Shown here: positions 59,654-64,000 of the stretch, in pieces
How positions within the stretch are numbered: position 1 is the first letter of the stretch
How the letters are laid out: each line of letters opens with the position of its first letter
Source: an uncultured Spirochaetota bacterium
GTDB lineage: Bacteria > Spirochaetota > Spirochaetia > SZUA-6 > Fen-1364
Length of the DNA: 64,000 nucleotides
Direction of reading: 5' to 3'
Assembly (NCBI GenBank): GCA_963745235.1
Contig: CAVUXE010000052.1
Location: 256,001-320,000, forward strand
The notes under the pieces: generated by a model
The model's input: only the letters and a program-made list of their open reading frames with translations
Database searches by the model: none
Told to the model about the DNA's origin: nothing
Program-made: the position numbers and the translations under genes

Positions 59654-61657
59654 ATGTATTTTGGAACAGCCTGGTATCCGGAGCACATCTCATCCGACCG
59701 CTGGGACAGCGATGCGGCCCTCATGGAACGCGCGGGGTTCAACGTGGCGCGGCTTGCCGAGTTCGCGTGGGCATTCATGGAACCAGAGGAGGGGACCTTC
59801 CGATTGGGGTGGCTCGAGGAGGCAATTGCCACCGCGGCCAGGCACGGCATCAAGGTGATTCTTGGCACACCCACGGCGTCCATGCCGGCCTGGGTGGCCC
59901 GCAAGCACTCCGAATGCCTTGCCGTGGACAGGACCGGCAGGCGCTTTACGTGGGGAGTCCGGCGGAACAACTGTCCTTCTTCCCCCGTGTACCGCCAGCT
60001 CTCAGCCAGCGTCACTCGGGCGATGGCAAAGCGCTTCGGATCCTCTTCCGATGTCATTGGATGGCAGACTGACAACGAGCTTGGAGCTCCGTTCTGCTAC
60101 TGCGCCTCCTGCCTGAGCTCCTTCCATGAATGGCTGAAGGCGCGCTACAGCGCGGTCGCGGAGCTCAACCGCGCCTGGGGAACACACTTCTGGGGACACA
60201 GCTTCGGCTGCTGGGAGGAGATCCCGTTCCCCGATGATCTTGCCGCGCAGAACCCCGGCCTGTGTCTCGATTTTCGACGTCATCATTCATGGCTGACGAC
60301 ACGGTTCCAGGCGGAGCAGGTGCGCATCCTGCGGGAGCTGTGCAGGAATCATTTCGTGACCCACAATCTCATGGGGCTGTACTCGGAAATCGACTACGCG
60401 GACCTGGCCAGGGACCTCGACTTCGTGAGCTGGGACAACTATCCCGTCCAGTTTGCTCCAGAGATACGCTACGACGCCGCTGCCGCGGCTGACATCATGC
60501 GGGGGTTGAAGAAGAGAAGCTTCTGGGTCATGGAGCAGACCGCAGGAGCGCGCGGCTGGGGAACAATGGGCAGGAACCCGCGGCCAGGGGAAATCCGCCA
60601 GATTGCCTACCAGCAGCTCGCCCACGGGGCGGACTCCCAGCTCCTCTTCGGCTGGAGGACCGCCACGGCAGGCCGGGAGCAATACTGGCACGGCCTCCTG
60701 GGGCACGACTCGAAACCCGGCCGGCGCTACGAAGAGGCAGCGCAGACGGCGCGGGAGCTTCGCAGAATCTCACCCGAGCTGGAAGGAACCACCGTCCGGG
60801 CGGACGTGGCGATGATTTACGACTATGAAAGCCTCTGGGCCTTCGAGATCCAGCCCTCGTACACGCCCCGGGAGACCGGTGAGCTGAGCGGCGCCTCCAA
60901 CTATCAGAACGCGGTGCGCAGGTACCACAGGGCGCTTTTTCGGGCGGGCGCGGCAGTCGACATGATCCGCGCAACAGACGACTTCTCCCGGTACAAGGTG
61001 GTGGTCGCTCCGCACCTGTTCATCCTCAGCGACACCGCCGCGAAGGGCCTCTCTGAGTTTGTGCGCACGGGCGGCGTCCTTGTCAGCGACTGCAGGACGG
61101 CCGTCAAGGACGAATCGGGGTTGTGCCACGCCCGGACCCTTCCCGGGTTGCTGAGCGAGGCCCTGGGGATTTCCATCGATGAGTACGAGGCCCTGGATCA
61201 GACCATGAAATATGCCCTGGCGTGCAAGGCGCCGTTCTCCACGGAAAAGTCCTATACCGGCATCTCATTCTCGGATTGGGTGATCCCCGCCGGAGCAGAG
61301 GTTCTTGCCGGATACAGGGAATGGCACGCCAATCGGTATGCCGCGGTGACCCGCAACCGTTTCGGCAGCGGGCTCGGCTATTACGTGGGGACTATCGTGG
61401 AGCAGGAGAGCTTCTACGATGAGCTGATGTCAGAGGTTCTTGACCGCGCGGGGGTTGTCCCGGTCGTGAAACCGCCCCACGGCGTGGAGGCGATGACCCG
61501 CGAGGACGACGGGAAAAGAATCCTCTTCCTGATCAACCATGCTGAGCTGCCTCGAACGCTCGAAGTGCCCGCGGGGAAGCGGGAGCTGATCAGCGGAAAA
61601 GTCACGGATGAGAAGGCAACGCTTGATCCGTTCGGAGTGATGGTTATCAGGCTCTGA
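59654..61657 (+). CDS. GH42 beta-galactosidase
   Basis: YPEH, R.AEFAW..MEP.EG, WQ.DNE, CYC..C, SWDNYP, FWVMEQ. Confidence 0.93.
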   Translation: MYFGTAWYPEHISSDRWDSDAALMERAGFNVARLAEFAWAFMEPEEGTFRLGWLEEAIATAARHGIKVILGTPTASMPAWVARKHSECLAVDRTGRRFTWGVRRNNCPSSPVYRQLSASVTRAMAKRFGSSSDVIGWQTDNELGAPFCYCASCLSSFHEWLKARYSAVAELNRAWGTHFWGHSFGCWEEIPFPDDLAAQNPGLCLDFRRHHSWLTTRFQAEQVRILRELCRNHFVTHNLMGLYSEIDYADLARDLDFVSWDNYPVQFAPEIRYDAAAAADIMRGLKKRSFWVMEQTAGARGWGTMGRNPRPGEIRQIAYQQLAHGADSQLLFGWRTATAGREQYWHGLLGHDSKPGRRYEEAAQTARELRRISPELEGTTVRADVAMIYDYESLWAFEIQPSYTPRETGELSGASNYQNAVRRYHRALFRAGAAVDMIRATDDFSRYKVVVAPHLFILSDTAAKGLSEFVRTGGVLVSDCRTAVKDESGLCHARTLPGLLSEALGISIDEYEALDQTMKYALACKAPFSTEKSYTGISFSDWVIPAGAEVLAGYREWHANRYAAVTRNRFGSGLGYYVGTIVEQESFYDELMSEVLDRAGVVPVVKPPHGVEAMTREDDGKRILFLINHAELPRTLEVPAGKRELISGKVTDEKATLDPFGVMVIRL

Positions 61658-61687
61658 GCACCGTTTTCAGCAGTACTTTAGTCACGT

Positions 61688-63991
61688 ATGGAAAAAAAGA
61701 GCGTCGCACGACGGTCCGGCCCTCTGCATATCACCCCGCTTCGCTACCACGAGGAAGGGAAGCCCGGGAAGATAGAGGTAGTCCCGACCAAGCCGGTCTC
61801 CTCGCAATATGATCTTGCCCTCGCCTACTCGCCCGGCGTGGCCGAGCCCTGTCGGGCCATCGCCGCGGACCCTGACGCCTCCTACCGCTATACGGCGAAA
61901 GGGAACCTTGTTGCCGTGGTGACCAACGGCTCGGCGGTGCTCGGCCTCGGGAACATAGGCGCTCGGGCCGCGAAGCCGGTCATGGAGGGCAAGGGTGTCC
62001 TCTTCAAGCGGTTCGCCGGCATCGACGTGTTCGACCTGGAGGTGGACTGCGATGATCCTGAGACCTTCATCGGGATTGTCCGCTCCCTGGAGCCGACCTT
62101 CGGCGGCATCAACCTCGAAGACATAAAGTCTCCCGAATGCTTTGCGATCGAGGAGGAGCTCCGACGCCGCTGCTCCATTCCCGTCATGCATGACGACCAG
62201 CACGGCACGGCCATCATCTCGGGCGCGGGGCTCATGAACGGCCTGACCCTGCAGAAGAAGCGGATCGAGGATGCGCAGATCGTGATGCTGGGCGCCGGAG
62301 CAGCGGCGCTTGCATGCGCCAGGTTCTACCTGCTCCTGGGGGCTCGGCGGGAGAACATCGTTGTGGTGGACAAGGACGGCGTGGTTCGAAAAGGCGATGT
62401 GGAGGCGAACGACGTGCGCGCTCCCTTTGCCACGGACCGCGCGGTTCGCACCCTCGGCGAGGCTCTCGCGGGGGCGGACGTGCTGGTGGGGCTTTCTGTG
62501 GGCGGCATCGTGCGACCCGAGCACCTCGCGCGGATGGCGCCGAACCCCATCGTGTTCGCCCTGGCGAACCCGGATCCCGAAATCGACTATGAATCAGCCG
62601 TCGCCTCCCGGCCGGATGCAATTGTGGCGACCGGAAGGAGCGATTGGCCCAACCAGGTGAACAATGTGCTCGGATTCCCCTTCATCTTCCGCGGGGCCCT
62701 CGACGTCGGGGCTCGGGAGATCAACGAGCAAATGAAGCTTGCCGCCGCGCATGCGCTGGCGGACCTCGCGCGGGAGCCTGTCCCGGACGCGGTGACGCGC
62801 GCTTACGCGGGCACCGAGCTCGGCTTCGGCCGCGACTACCTCATTCCGAAGCCTCTGGACCCGCGCCTCCTGACCACCGTCGCTCCCGCCGTGGCCCGAG
62901 CGGCCATGGAGTCCGGAGCAGCGCGCAAGGCAATCACCGACTGGCGGCAGTATGAGGCGGAGCTCCTGAGCCGGGTCGGCATTGACCAGAAGCTGGTGAC
63001 CGGGATCGTGAACCGGGCGCGCAAGGAGCCCAAGCGCGTGGTGTTCGCCGAGGCTGATACCTACAATGTGCTGAAGGCCGCGCAGATCGTGCGCGACCAG
63101 GGGGTTGCGGAGCCCGTGCTCCTGGGCAACCGGGACCGCATCAGCGAGCTGATCCTGGGCCACCAGATCGAAGGGCTCGAAGGCTGCGAGGTCCTGGACC
63201 CGGCCGGCGAAGGGCTCATGCTGGATGAGTATGCCGAGGTGCTGTACCAGAAAAGGCAGCGTAAGGGCGTCACCCACTACGATGCGCGCAAGTCCATGAC
63301 AGACCGCAACTACTTCGGCTGCGCCATGCTGGCCCTCGGGCGCGTCGACGCGCTCATTTCCGGGATGACAAAGGAGTATCCGAAGATCATCCGTCCCGCG
63401 CTGCAGGTCATCGGGCCCCAGCGGGGGGTGCGCAAGGTGGCCGGGATGTACATCGTCAACTCCTCCCGCGGGGTCTATTTCTGTGCCGACACCACGGTCA
63501 ACATGAACCCTTCCGTGGAGGACCTGGTGGACATCATCGGGTTGACTGCGCGGACGGTGCGGTTCTTCGACGTGGAGCCGGTTGTCGCGATGCTCTCCTA
63601 CTCGAACTTCGGCTCCACCCGGGCGGAGGAATCCGACAGGTGCAGGGACGCCGTGATGGCCGCAAAGAGCCGCTACCCCGGTCTCGCCATTGATGGCGAG
63701 ATCCAGGCGAACATCGCCCTGGACACCGAGCTCCTCGCGGAGACGTACCCCTTCAGCGACCTGGTGGCCAGGCGGGTGAACACCCTGATCTTCCCGAACC
63801 TCTCCGCGGGCAATATCGCCTACAAGCTGCTGCACGAGATAGGCGGCGCGGAGATCATCGGACCTGTGCTCATGGGAATGGCGCGGCCGGTGCACATCCT
63901 GCAGCTCGGGTCCTCGGTGCGGGAGATCGTCAACATGACCGCCCTTGCGGTGGTGGAAGCCCAGCGCAACAGGGAGGAGCGCGCGGGGTAG
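61688..63991 (+). CDS. maeB: NADP-dependent malic enzyme with PTA domain
   Basis: AYSPGVA, KPVMEGK..LFK.FA.ID, NLEDIK.PECF, HDDQHGT, PNQVNN, C-terminal PTA domain. Confidence 0.96.
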   Translation: MEKKSVARRSGPLHITPLRYHEEGKPGKIEVVPTKPVSSQYDLALAYSPGVAEPCRAIAADPDASYRYTAKGNLVAVVTNGSAVLGLGNIGARAAKPVMEGKGVLFKRFAGIDVFDLEVDCDDPETFIGIVRSLEPTFGGINLEDIKSPECFAIEEELRRRCSIPVMHDDQHGTAIISGAGLMNGLTLQKKRIEDAQIVMLGAGAAALACARFYLLLGARRENIVVVDKDGVVRKGDVEANDVRAPFATDRAVRTLGEALAGADVLVGLSVGGIVRPEHLARMAPNPIVFALANPDPEIDYESAVASRPDAIVATGRSDWPNQVNNVLGFPFIFRGALDVGAREINEQMKLAAAHALADLAREPVPDAVTRAYAGTELGFGRDYLIPKPLDPRLLTTVAPAVARAAMESGAARKAITDWRQYEAELLSRVGIDQKLVTGIVNRARKEPKRVVFAEADTYNVLKAAQIVRDQGVAEPVLLGNRDRISELILGHQIEGLEGCEVLDPAGEGLMLDEYAEVLYQKRQRKGVTHYDARKSMTDRNYFGCAMLALGRVDALISGMTKEYPKIIRPALQVIGPQRGVRKVAGMYIVNSSRGVYFCADTTVNMNPSVEDLVDIIGLTARTVRFFDVEPVVAMLSYSNFGSTRAEESDRCRDAVMAAKSRYPGLAIDGEIQANIALDTELLAETYPFSDLVARRVNTLIFPNLSAGNIAYKLLHEIGGAEIIGPVLMGMARPVHILQLGSSVREIVNMTALAVVEAQRNREERAG

Positions 63992-64000
63992 GAACGGCTC

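Overview
High-GC chromosomal segment, most likely from an uncultured Spirochaetia (inferred from the DegT-like/nadK/recN/hypothetical block, the beta-propeller/M23 pair, and a 'GGQPE' motif after the signal peptide of a sugar-binding protein). About 55 CDS: housekeeping and stress genes (recN, nadK, pcm, usp, cdd, ldh, gndA, maeB), two sugar ABC/glycosidase loci (GH13, GH4, GH18, GH42, cellulase-like), a NarL-type two-component system, a DUF222-HNH gene, an imuA-imuB-dnaE2 cassette, srkA and a xanthine-dehydrogenase-family molybdoenzyme. I found no rRNA, tRNA or CRISPR array by eye. Six genes carry single-base frameshifts, five in short G/C runs, probably consensus errors. Best candidates for new biology: (1) 17.7-21.9 kb, a LuxI/FeeM-like acyltransferase, a membrane PP2C phosphatase fused to an anti-sigma-type Ser kinase, a STAS protein and a convergent adenylate cyclase, which may form a signal-synthase-coupled partner-switching circuit; (2) 9.95-10.06 kb, a terminated minus-strand small RNA that displays a copy of the 16S anti-Shine-Dalgarno in a hairpin loop; (3) structured leaders upstream of the XDH operon and of an atypical PII gene; (4) many apparently leaderless genes, with LexA-like boxes at imuA and DUF222-HNH. 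All family calls come from motifs recognised by eye, not database searches.
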